27,714 nucleotides of DNA, taken from positions 1-27,714 of the forward strand of contig DAIENX010000074.1 of the NCBI GenBank assembly GCA_027340875.1. The letters are read 5' to 3'. The position numbers were made by a program, and so were the translations under genes. The DNA is from Elusimicrobiota bacterium (GTDB taxonomy: Bacteria > Elusimicrobiota > Elusimicrobia > Elusimicrobiales > UBA9959). Positions 17,248 to 27,700 of the stretch are shown one piece after another (positions within the stretch are counted from its first letter, which is position 1; every line of letters begins with the position of its first letter). The notes below the pieces were generated by a model. It ran no database searches. It was given only the letters and a program-made list of their open reading frames with translations, and was not told the origin of the DNA.

Positions 17248-18273
17248 TCAATACATACCGCTTTTCTTGAGCTCCGCGGCCGAAAGCGGCTCGCGGAACA
17301 GCCAGTGCACCCATACCTGGTAGGCGATGACCACCGGCAGGAAAAGCGCCACCACCCAGGTCATCAGTTTCAGCGTATAGGGGCTCGATGACGAGTTGTA
17401 GACGCTCAAGCCCAGCGCCGGCTCCAGGCGGGAAGGCAGCAGGTCCGGGTACATGCCGGCGAAGCCGGTGAGCGTGAAGAACGCGATGGCCGCGAAAGAG
17501 GCGCGGAAAGCGCAGCCGTAATTGCCCTGGGCCAGCCTTATCCGGGAAACGGCCAGGCCCGCGACGGCCAGCAGCGGCAGCAGCAGCAGGTATTTCCTTG
17601 CCAGGAAGTTGGCGCTGAGCCCGGTGGCCGCCCAACTATAGAACAGGAAGGGAACGAAGAGCGCGGCCAGGGAATACCAAGCCTTCGCCGCGATCCCGGC
17701 GGCCCTTTGCGACGGAGCACCGGGGACCTTGCAGGCGATCCACAGCTGGCCGTGATAAAGGAAAAGCGCGCAGAAGAGCAGGCCGGAGACCAGCGCGTAC
17801 GGATTGAGCAGGCCTAAGAAGGTACCTTCGTAACCGGCCGCGCCGATAGGCAGGCCGCGGAAAAGGTTGCCGAAGGCCACGCCCAGCAGCAGCGTCGCCG
17901 CGAAGCTGGAAACCGCGGCCGTGCGGGCCCAGAAGGTCCTCCAGGCGCCGTCCTGCAGTTTGCCGCGGAACTCTAGCGCCACCCCGCGGAAGATCAGAGA
18001 GAACAGCAGCAGGAACAGCGCCGGGTAAAGCCAGCTGAAAAGCGAGGCGTAAACGGCCGGGAAGGCCGCGAAAGTGGCGCCGCCGGCCGTTATCAGCCAG
18101 ACCTCGTTGCCGTCCCAGAAAGGTCCTACTGACGAGAAGACCGCGGCCCGCTCCTCGTCGCCGGAGGCGGCCAGCCAGCCGGAGAAGCCTACGCCCAGGT
18201 CGAAGCCGTCCAGCGCGAAATACGCGGTCCAGAGCACCGCCCACAGCACGAACCATAATTTTGCGTAATCCAT
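17248..18273 (-). CDS. cydB: Cytochrome bd quinol oxidase subunit II
   Basis: LDGFDLGVG, PFWDGNEVWL, GGATFAAFP..YA and RGVALEFR; start re-called at 18273 behind SD GAGGTG. Confidence 0.96.
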   Translation of the reverse strand: MDYAKLWFVLWAVLWTAYFALDGFDLGVGFSGWLAASGDEERAAVFSSVGPFWDGNEVWLITAGGATFAAFPAVYASLFSWLYPALFLLLFSLIFRGVALEFRGKLQDGAWRTFWARTAAVSSFAATLLLGVAFGNLFRGLPIGAAGYEGTFLGLLNPYALVSGLLFCALFLYHGQLWIACKVPGAPSQRAAGIAAKAWYSLAALFVPFLFYSWAATGLSANFLARKYLLLLPLLAVAGLAVSRIRLAQGNYGCAFRASFAAIAFFTLTGFAGMYPDLLPSRLEPALGLSVYNSSSSPYTLKLMTWVVALFLPVVIAYQVWVHWLFREPLSAAELKKSGMY

Positions 18274-18315
18274 AAGTTTCACCTCAAAAATCCAACCTTG
18301 CAAGTCTTTCGGATA

Positions 18316-18439
18316 CGGGTCGGCGTTTTGCTCCGCGAACCCTTTGGGGAAGGGGGGGCCCCGCCTTAATTTCCCTGGCGGGGGGAAACCGCGCAACGGT
18401 TTCCGTCATCCAGGGTTCGCGGGGTAAAATGCCGGCCCG
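18316..18439 (+). repeat. Branched inverted-repeat structured element in the cydA-cydB spacer
   Basis: 28-bp stem (18316-18343 / 18412-18439; 24 Watson-Crick + 4 G-T pairs) enclosing hairpins at 18359-18383 and 18384-18404. Confidence 0.7.
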
Positions 18440-18481
18440 CCGCGACGCCGTGTTTTGAGGCCCTGGCTCCGCGGCATGCCG

Positions 18482-19792
18482 CTACGCCTCCATGCCCTTG
18501 CGGGCGTACTTGAACAGCAGCCAGAAATCGGCTATACCGAGCGCGGCATAGAAAAGCGTGAAGCCGCCCAGCGACATCCAGACCTGCGCAGGGCTTACCG
18601 TCCTCGAAACCGCGTCCGCCGTGCGGAGCAGGCCGTATACGGCCCACGGCTGGCGGCCCAGTTCGGTCACGAGCCAGCCGAGCTGTATCGCCACGTAGGG
18701 CAGCGGTATAGCGAAGACCAGAATCTTCAGCAGCAGCGGGTAGTTCTCGAGTTTGTCCTTGAACCAGAGCAGCGCCGACAGCCCGGCGAGCAGGATGAAC
18801 AGCGTGCCCAGAGCGACCATGCCCCTGAAGCCCAGGAACACGGGGAGCACGGGCGGCCTCTCCTGCGGGGGGATATCGTTGAGTCCCTTAACCTCGGCGT
18901 GCGGATCATGGAAGGCCAGCAGCGAGAGACCGTAAGGGATCTCCAGCGCCTCCACGTCGTTGCCGTCCCCGTCCAACTTCGGGATGGTCAGCAGTACGTA
19001 AGGGGCCTCGGTCTTGGTCACCCAGAGCGACTCCATCGCCGCCAGTTTGGCCGGCTGGTTCTTCGCGGCGTTCACGCCGCTCAGGTCGCCGAAGCCGCCG
19101 ACAGCCAGCGAGCTCGCCAGGGCGAAGACGGCGCCGGCGCCGAACGACTTCCTGAACAGGTCCGGCTGGTTCTTCCTGAGCAGATGCCACGCCGACACTC
19201 CCATCACGAAGAAGCCGGCCACTACCCAGCCTGCGGAGACGGTGTGGAAGAACTCTATCCAGCCGTAAGGGTTGGTCAGCAGCGCGGCGAAGTCGGTCAT
19301 CTCGGCGCGGCCGTTGCGCAGCGTGAAGCCGACCGGGTGCTGCATCCAGCCGTTGGCCAGCAGTATCCACAGAGCGGACAGGTTGGTGGCCAGGGCCACG
19401 GCCCACATCGCCAGGGCATGCGCCTTTTTGGACATCCTGTCCCAGCCGAACACCCAGACGCCGATGAAGGTGGACTCGAGGAAGAACGCGACGGTGGCCT
19501 CTATGGCCAGCGGCGCGCCGAAGATGTCGCCTACGTATTTTGAATACTCGGCCCAGTTCATGCCGAACTGGAACTCCATCGTTATGCCGGTCACCACCCC
19601 CAGCGCGAAGTTTATCAGGAACAGTTTGCCCCAGAATCTGGTCACCGGCAGGTACTCTTCCTTTCCGGAGAACGCGTAGCGGGTCTCGAACCAGGCCGTC
19701 AGCCAGCCCAGGCCCAGCGTCAGCGGCACGAAGAGAAAATGGAACATCGCGGTGACCGCGAACTGCAGTCTGCTCAGAGCCAAGGTATCCAT
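18482..19792 (-). CDS. cydA: Cytochrome bd quinol oxidase subunit I (short Q-loop type)
   Basis: RLQFA...FHFLF (His ligand), EFQFGMNW, FFHT, QPAKLAAME, FRGM and ELGRQPW motifs; 436 aa. Confidence 0.97.
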   Translation of the reverse strand: MDTLALSRLQFAVTAMFHFLFVPLTLGLGWLTAWFETRYAFSGKEEYLPVTRFWGKLFLINFALGVVTGITMEFQFGMNWAEYSKYVGDIFGAPLAIEATVAFFLESTFIGVWVFGWDRMSKKAHALAMWAVALATNLSALWILLANGWMQHPVGFTLRNGRAEMTDFAALLTNPYGWIEFFHTVSAGWVVAGFFVMGVSAWHLLRKNQPDLFRKSFGAGAVFALASSLAVGGFGDLSGVNAAKNQPAKLAAMESLWVTKTEAPYVLLTIPKLDGDGNDVEALEIPYGLSLLAFHDPHAEVKGLNDIPPQERPPVLPVFLGFRGMVALGTLFILLAGLSALLWFKDKLENYPLLLKILVFAIPLPYVAIQLGWLVTELGRQPWAVYGLLRTADAVSRTVSPAQVWMSLGGFTLFYAALGIADFWLLFKYARKGMEA

Positions 19793-19815
19793 ATTTAATC
19801 TTTCCTCCCGATACC

Positions 19816-19821
19816 ATTATA
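19816..19821 (-). promoter_or_regulatory. TATAAT -10 hexamer upstream of cydA
   Basis: The - strand has TATAAT 7 nt upstream of SD GGAGGA. Confidence 0.5.
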
Positions 19822-19860
19822 TATTTATTCCTGAACGCTTTGAGCACCCTAGCCGGATTA

Positions 19861-19877
19861 TTGTAAACTGTGCACAA
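19861..19877. promoter_or_regulatory. Imperfect palindrome, candidate operator in the divergent cydA / glycosyltransferase region
   Basis: TTGTAAAC-T-GTGCACAA. Confidence 0.35.
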
Positions 19878-19933
19878 CGGGGTTTGGATAATGGAACCAT
19901 ATTCTAGCCGACGGCCGCGCCGCACCAGGAGTT

Positions 19934-21577
19934 ATGCTCTCCGGACGTTATAAGTACGCGGCTTACGCCGCCCCCGCGATATTCCTGGCCTTCGCGGCCA
20001 CGCTCGCCCCCTGGGCCTACGATTTCCCGCTCAACGACGACTGGGCCTACGCCTCCGCCGCCCGTACGCTGGCCGAGACCGGGCGACTCACCCTGTCCGA
20101 CTGGGGCTCGGCCACGCAGGTCCCGCATCTCCTCTGGGGCGCGCTGTTCGTCAAGCTGTTCGGCTTCAGCTTCGCCGCGCTGCATGCGGCCAATCTGCTG
20201 GCGGCGGCGGCCTGCCTGTTCGTTTTCGTCCGGCTGCTGGAGGAGTGCGGCGCGGAGCCGGGGGTAGGACTGCTGGCGGCGCTGGCGCTGGCGTTCAGCC
20301 CGCTTTTCATCGTCCTGTCCAATTCCTTCATGACCGACGTCCATTATCTGCTGTGGATGCTGGCCGCCTCCCTCTTCTACGCGCGGCGTATCAAGGATCC
20401 GGGGAACACCCGGGCCATCCTGCTGGGCGGAGCGTGCGCCGGGGCCGCCTATCTGACCAGGCAGCTCGGGGTAGCTCTCCCGCTGGCCTTCACCGCTGTG
20501 CAGCTGGCCAGGAAGCGCTTCGGCTTCCGGGAAGCCGCGCTGACCTGGGCCCTGCCCGGCGCGGCCATGCTGGGCTACTATCTCTGGTTCAAGTTCGTCC
20601 ACGGCCCGACCTGGGCCTCGGAGAACTATGTCGGCGCTGCTACGCTGGCCCATCTGGCCAAGATAGGCCCTTTCCTCGCCGGCTCTATCTACAGGTCCTT
20701 CGCGGCGATGATGGAATCCGGGCTGATGCTGGTACCGCTCTCGGCCGGCCTGGTCCTTTGTTTCAGGCAGTTCAGGGGCAAGAACGGGTTGAAGCAGCGC
20801 GTCGCGGCCGGCCTTCCCTGGCTGGCCCTTATCGGGCTGGGCCTCTTCGCCGCCTTCAACGGCAGCCTTCCCTACCTGGAGAACAGTCTTTCACCATCGG
20901 GCCTCGGGACCCTGACACTCGGCGGGACGGCGCTGAAGCCGTCCGGGATATTCGCCAGCCCGGTTTTCTGGTACGCGGCCACGGCCGTCTCCGCCGCAGC
21001 CGCCGCGCTGTTGCTGTGCGCCGGCGACCTCGCCCTGCGGGCCGGCGGCCCGGAGCTCCGCTTCCTTTTCGTCTCGGCGGCGCTGCACTTCGCCATTTCC
21101 CTGCTGGGTGCGAAGTTCTTCGACCGCTACCTGCTGACCCTGCTCCCCTGGTTCGCGGCCGCCGCGGCTTTCGCGGCCAGGGGCCTGAAGTTCTCCAGGG
21201 CCGCCGCCTGGCCGGCTCTGGCCCTCTGCGCCCTGCTGGGCTGGGCGGGGGAGAAGGACTACCTGGCCTGGAACGCTGCGAAATGGGAGCTGGCCTCGAG
21301 ACCGCACCAGGGCCTGGCGCCCTCCGACATCGTGAACGGCTTCGACTACGAGGCCTGGTATAACTACGGCAGGAACATGGCCTACCTCAAGTCCATGAAA
21401 CCTCTCCGCATGATAGGGGAATGGGAATGGCAGAAGTTCACCGGCTACAGGGCCATCGTGTCATATGCCAGGGACCCCAGGTTCAAACTGCTGGATAAAG
21501 CCGAATATTCGACTCCGCTGTCCGGCAATAAAGGCGTGCTTTACCTCATGGAGTTCCCCAGGACCGCCGAGCGCTAA
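19934..21577 (+). CDS. GT-C fold membrane glycosyltransferase (ArnT/PMT-like)
   Basis: PLNDDWAY acidic motif after TM1, MTDV, TRQ and DRYLL; more than 10 TM segments; SD GGAG. Confidence 0.8.
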   Translation: MLSGRYKYAAYAAPAIFLAFAATLAPWAYDFPLNDDWAYASAARTLAETGRLTLSDWGSATQVPHLLWGALFVKLFGFSFAALHAANLLAAAACLFVFVRLLEECGAEPGVGLLAALALAFSPLFIVLSNSFMTDVHYLLWMLAASLFYARRIKDPGNTRAILLGGACAGAAYLTRQLGVALPLAFTAVQLARKRFGFREAALTWALPGAAMLGYYLWFKFVHGPTWASENYVGAATLAHLAKIGPFLAGSIYRSFAAMMESGLMLVPLSAGLVLCFRQFRGKNGLKQRVAAGLPWLALIGLGLFAAFNGSLPYLENSLSPSGLGTLTLGGTALKPSGIFASPVFWYAATAVSAAAAALLLCAGDLALRAGGPELRFLFVSAALHFAISLLGAKFFDRYLLTLLPWFAAAAAFAARGLKFSRAAAWPALALCALLGWAGEKDYLAWNAAKWELASRPHQGLAPSDIVNGFDYEAWYNYGRNMAYLKSMKPLRMIGEWEWQKFTGYRAIVSYARDPRFKLLDKAEYSTPLSGNKGVLYLMEFPRTAER

Positions 21578-21636
21578 AAGACCTTGTTTTTTAAGCATTT
21601 TTCTCAGCGGACGGCCCTCCGGCGGGGCATTTCCAG

Positions 21637-21666
21637 TTGCCTAGCGGGGGGGCTTTTTCCTAAAAT
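21637..21666 (+). promoter_or_regulatory. Sigma70-like promoter upstream of the PKS
   Basis: TTGCCT-18 nt-TAAAAT. Confidence 0.5.
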
Positions 21667-21779
21667 ATATATATGAAATCCCTGAACGGCATCAACTGAC
21701 CCGTTTATCCATACAATTTACAAACCCAAACGCAGGCTGCCGCTTTAAGAACGGAAGCCGCGGAAATGAGGCATAGATT

Positions 21780-24700
21780 ATGAACAATGAAAAAATAGCG
21801 ATAGTCGGTATAGGCGTGATAGCCCCCAAGGCCCTGAACAAGGACCAGTTCTGGAAGAACGTGACCGAAGGCCGGAACTGCATAGGGGAGGTACCGGCCG
21901 ACCGCTGGGACTGGAAGCTCTACTACTCCGAGGACCACAAGGCCGCCGACAAGACCTATTCCAAGATAGGCGGCTTCATAGAGGGCTTTAAGTTCGATTC
22001 CATCAAGTACAAGATCCCGCCGCAGAGCGCCGCGCAGATCTCGCGCCTGCAGCAGATGACCATCGAGGCCGTCCGCATGGCCCTGGAGGACTCCGGCTAC
22101 GATAAGAAGCCTTTCGACAGCAAGCGCACCGCGGCCGTGATAGGCAACGCGATGGGCGCGATGCGCAAGGAAATGACCGACATGCGCGTCTACAAGTTCT
22201 ACAACGAGGACCTGCTGGCCAAGTCCGCGGCGTTCTCCGCCCTGCCCTCGGACAAGAAGGCCCAGATCATAAAGGACTACGAGGCCGGCCTGGACAGGGA
22301 CATCGTCAGGATCACCGAGGACACCATGCCCGGCGAGCTCTCCAACGTGACCGCCGGCCGCATAGCCAACATCTTCAACTTCAACGGCCCCAACATGACG
22401 ATGGACGCGGCCTGCGCCTCCTCGATGGCCGCGCTCGACTACGCGGTGCTCGGCCTGCGCGCCGGCAAGTTCGACATGGCTGTGGCGGGCGGCGCCGACG
22501 AGATGATGAGCGCCCCGGCCTTCGTGAAGTTCTGCAAGATAGGCGCGCTGTCGGCCGACGGCTCCTATTCCTTCGACGAGCGCGCCAACGGCTTCGTGAT
22601 GGCCGAGGCCGTGGCCGTCTACGTGCTGAAGCGCCTCTCCGACGCCCAGCGCGACGGCGACAGGATCTACGCGCTGGTCAACGCGGTAGGCGCCTCCTCC
22701 GACGGCAAGGGCAAGGGCATCACCGCCCCGAACCCGAAGGGCCAGAAGATGGCCATAGAGAACGCCTTCACCGAGGTGGACTACGGCCCCGGCGACGTGG
22801 ATTTCGTGGAGGCGCACGGCACCGCCACCAAGGTAGGCGACGCCACCGAGGTAGGCGTGCTGAAAGAAGTGTTCGGCCCGCATATGGCCGGCAAGAAGCT
22901 CGGCCTCACGGCCGTGAAATCCCAGATCGGCCACGCCAAGGCCGCCGCCGGCGCGGTGTCCATAGCCAAGACGGCCCTCGCGATCTATAACAAGACGCTC
23001 CCTACCTCCATCAACTGCGTCAAGCTTAACCCCGGCATAGACACCGGCCTCTTCAGGGTCATCACCAAAGCCGAGCCCTGGAGCAAGGACGGCATACGCC
23101 GCGCCGACGTCTCCTCTTTCGGCTTCGGCGGCACCAACTTCCACGTGCTGATGGAAGAATACACCGGCCCGAACCATCCCCGGTACGCCAAGGCCGGCGC
23201 CGCCGCCGAGGCGCCCGCCGCCTCAGTGGAGGTGGTCGAGAACCCGCGCGCGCCCTTCGCGAACCTGCAAGGCGAGGCCGTCACTTTTACCGGCAATACG
23301 CCCGAAGACGTGATAACCAACGCGAAGAACGAAGCCGCGGCCGTGTTCTCCAAATGGCCGGAAAGCTACCCGATGGCCGTCTACGCGCAGCCTTCCATGA
23401 CGAAGGCCAAGGGCCCGTGGGGCGTATCCATAGTCGCGAAGTCCCCGAAGGACCTCGCCGAGAAGATAGAGTTCATGGCCAAGAACGGCAAGGCCGAGAC
23501 CTGGAGCGAGCCGCCGCTCAACTTCAAGCTGAAGGGCGTTTACACCTTCAAGACGGCCGCCAACACGGCCAAGGTCGGCCTGCTGTTCCCCGGCCAGGGC
23601 TCGCAGTACGTGGACATGATGCGGGACCTCGCCGCCAAGTACCAGGTGGTCCAGGCCACGTTCGACGAGGCGGACGTCATACTGGAGAAAATGATAGGCG
23701 TCAGGCTCACCGAGGCCATCTGGTCCAAACCCGGAGAGGGCAAGGAAGAGCTGGCCAAGCGCGAGGCCGCGATAAAACAGACCCAGCTCACGCAGCCGTC
23801 CATGATGACGGCCGACATAGCCATGTACCGCCTGTTCCGCGAGCTCGGCATAGTTCCGGACATGGCCATCGGCCACTCGCTGGGCGAGTACGCCGCCGCC
23901 ACCGCGGCCGGCATCTTCACCTTCGAGAACGGCCTGCGCGCCGTCACCAGCCGCGCCAAGGAGATGTCCAGCGTAAAGGTGGCCGACCCGGGCAAGATGG
24001 CCTCCGTGGCGCTCGGCAGCGACAAAGTGGACGTCGAGCTCAAGAAGATCGGCGGCTACGTGATCTGCGCCAACAAGAACTGCCCCCTGCAGACCGTGAT
24101 AGCCGGCGAGGCGAGGTCCGTCGAGCAGGCCGTGCAGCACTTCAAGGCCATGGGCATAGAGGCCGGCGAGATCCCGGTCAGCCACGCCTTCCATTCGCAG
24201 ATAGTGGCCCCGGCCATGGGCCCTTACCGCAAGTTCCTCGAGAACATACCGATAAAGACCGCCGACATGAAGATCCTTTCCAACGTGACCGCGGACTTCT
24301 TCCCTACGGACACGCAGGGCATCTATGACATGCTGATAAAGCAGATGACGAGCCCCGTGGAGTTCATAAAGCAGCTCGAGCGCATGTACACGGAAGGCGT
24401 GCGCACGTTCATAGAGTGCGGCCCGAAGCGCGTGCTGAGCGCTTTCGCCACCGCGACGCTGAAGGACAAGAAGGACATCACCGTCCTGGCCTCCAACCAC
24501 CCGAAGCGGGGCGGCATTACCGAGCTCAACGACCTGCTCGCCAACATGACGGCCCTCGGCATACCTGTGAACTGGGACGGCAAGGCGCCGCGCCAAGGAG
24601 GGAAGTTCTTCAACCCGTACTACCAGAACTGGGCGCTAAAGGCGACAGGCAAGGCCTCCTCTGCCCCGGTCTCCGTGCAGGGACCTTCCGCGACGCTGCC

Positions 24701-27700
24701 GGCGGACAAGGCCGCTTTCGCGGAGCTCTACGGCTTCAACTTCAACCCGATAGGCGTTTCCGGCATAGCCGGCGGCACGCCCGGCACCTGGGACAAGCTG
24801 TTCCGCGAGAAGAACCTCGACGAAATACTGGCCGGCAAGAACATGATAGAGCCCATACCGGGCGAGTGGCGCACGAAGCAGATAGAGAAGAACATCATCC
24901 GCGTAGTGAAGTCGCCCACCGGCGGCGGCTCCATCGAGAAGATCGACACCGTGGACCAGGCCATAAAGCTGTCCGCCCGCAAGGGCCAGCTGGACATACA
25001 GGCCGAGTTCGGCCTGCCGAACACCGTGGCCAAGGCTCTCGACTCCACCTTCAAGATGGCCATCGGCGCCGGCGTGCTGGCGCTCAAGGACGCCGGCCTG
25101 CCGCTGATCCATTACTACAAGAAGACCACCACCGGCAGCTACCTGCCGGAGAAATGGGCGCTGCCTGAGCCGGTGGCCTCCGAGACCGGCGTGATATTCG
25201 CGTCCGCCTTCCCGGTGATGGAATCCCTGCTGAAAGAGGTGACCCATTACTTCAACCATAAGTACGCGGGCAAGACAGCCGAGCAGCTCTGGGAGGTCTA
25301 CCACCGCATAGTGGACAAGCTGCCGTCGGAGGCCGACAAGGCCGGCCTGCGCGCCTGGCTGCAGAAGGAGTTCGCCGGCTACACGCCCGGAGAAGGCAAA
25401 GATCCCTATTCTTTCAGCCAGAACTTCCTGCTCAAGGTGATCCCGATAGCGGACTCCCAGTTCGCCCAATGGGTGGGCGCCAAGGGCCCGACCATACACC
25501 TGAGCGCCGCCTGCTCCTCCACGACGCAGTCCGTGCACGTGGCCGAGTCCTGGATACGCGCCGGCAAGTGCAAGCGCGTGGTGGTGATAGGCGGCGACGA
25601 CATCACCAACGAGGTGATACAGGAGTGGACGCTGCCCGGCTTCCTCGCCAGCGGCACCGCGACCACCAAGGAGAACGTCTCCGAGGCGGCCCTGCCGTTC
25701 GACCGCCGCCGCCACGGCCTGATAGTAGGCTCCGGCGCCGTGGCGCTGGTCATCGAGGACGAGACGCTGACGCGCGGCCGCGGCATGAAGCCGCTGGCGC
25801 GCCTGCTGCTCACCGAGGCGGCCAACTCCGCGTTCCACGCCACCCGCCTCGACGTAAACCACGTGGCCTCCATCATGTCCGGCTTCCTGGGCAAGATAGA
25901 GCGCATCTACGGCCTGAAGCGCGAGGAGATGGCGCCGTACACGATGTTCATGTCGCACGAGACCTATACCCCGGCCCGCGGCGGCTCCGCTTCCGCCGAG
26001 GTGAGGGCCCTTAAGGCCGCTTTCGGCCCGTCGGCCGAGAAGGTGATAGTCAGCAACGTGAAGGGCTTCACCGGCCACACCATGGGCGCCTCGCTGGAGG
26101 ACGCCGTGGCCATCCGCGCCCTGAACACCGGCATCATCCCGCCCATCGCCAACTACAAGGAGCCCGACCCGGACCTGGCCGGCATCAACCTGTCCAAGGG
26201 CGGCCATTACGACCTGAAGTACGCGCTGCGCTTCGCGGCCGGCTTCGGCTCGCACATGGGCATGTCCATGACCGAGCGCGTCTGGAAGGAGGGGGAGAGC
26301 CGCTACGAGGACCAGGGCCGCTACAACGCGTGGCTGCGCGAGGTCTCAGGGGACCCGGCCGCCGAGCTGGAAGTTGTGTTCAACACGCTGCGCGTAAAGG
26401 ACAAGAAGACCGCGGGCAAGCCCCCGGCAATGCCGCCGGTGAAAGAGCCGGTCGCGGTGGCCGCCGCGACCAAACCCGCGCCCGCCGCGGCCGTTCAGGC
26501 TGCCGCGCGTCCCGTCCCGGCCCCCGCTCCGGCGACCAAGCAGGCGTCCGGTCTTACCGAGGACGCCGTGCGTGAGAATATCCTGGCGATGATAACCGAG
26601 AAGACCGGCTATCCGCGCGAGATGCTGGAACTCGACCTCGACATGGAGGCCGACCTCGGCATAGACACCGTCAAGCAGGCCGAGCTCTTCGCCGCCATCC
26701 GCGAGCATTACGACATACCCCGCAGGGACAACGTTTCGCTGAAGGACTACCCGACGATAAGGCACTGCATCAAGTTCGTGCTGGACGCCAAGGGAGGCGC
26801 AGCCCCCGCAGCGAAGGCCGCGCCGGTCCAGGCCGCGCCCGCGCCGGCACCTGTCGTCCACGCGCCCCCTGCCGCGGCTCCCGCCGCCGGCGGAGTCTCC
26901 GCGGACGCCGTGCGTGAGAACATTCTCAGCATGATAACCGAGAAGACCGGCTATCCGCACGAGATGCTGGAACTCGACCTCGACATGGAGGCCGACCTCG
27001 GCATAGACACCGTAAAGCAGGCCGAGCTCTTCGCCGCCATCCGCGAGCATTACGACATCCCGCGCCGCGACAACGTCTCGCTAAAAGACTACCCGACGAT
27101 AAGGCACTGCATCAAGTTCGTGCTGGACGCCAAGGGCGGAGCCGCTCCCGTGGCCGCAACTCCGGCACAGACCGCTGCCCCCGTTGTCCAGGCGGCTCCT
27201 GCCCCGGTCGCAGCCCCGGCACCGGCCGCGGCTCCCGCCGCTGGCGGAGTCTCCGCGGACGCCGTGCGTGAGAACATTCTCAGCATGATAACCGAGAAGA
27301 CCGGCTATCCGCGCGAGATGCTGGAACTCGACCTCGACATGGAGGCCGACCTCGGCATAGACACCGTAAAGCAGGCCGAGCTCTTCGCCGCCATCCGCGA
27401 GCACTACGACATCCCGCGCAGGGACAACGTCTCGCTGAAGGACTACCCGACGATAAGGCACTGCATCAAGTTCGTGCTGGAGTCCAAAGGAGGCGCGGCT
27501 CCCGCTGGGGCTCAGGCTCCCGCACAGGCTGTTGTGACCGCCCCGGCCCCGGTACAGGCCGCGCCCGCGGTGGCCCCGGCCGCCGGCGGGGTCGCCGAGG
27601 ACGCGGTGCGTGAGAACATACTCGCCATGATAACCGAGAAGACCGGCTATCCGCGCGAGATGCTGGAACTCGACCTCGACATGGAGGCCGACCTCGGCAT

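Noticed and set aside
18274..18396. N-terminal extension of cydB in the ORF track (likewise for rplS, rpsP, rpe, yraN, the kinase and the transporter)
   Set aside because: Downstream ATGs have better SD or overlap context and match family N-termini; the extensions run through repeats or neighbouring genes
18..19925. Many antisense or overlapping ORFs (e.g. 854-1915, 7967-9328, 10534-11958, 14999-16531, 18455-19543)
   Set aside because: They overlap well-supported genes on the opposite strand or frame and have biased compositions without recognisable motifs
21705..27461. Long - strand ORFs (490, 457, 539, 234 aa etc.) and alternate-frame + ORFs over the PKS
   Set aside because: Shadow ORFs caused by the high-GC3 codon bias of the real + strand gene; no recognisable motifs
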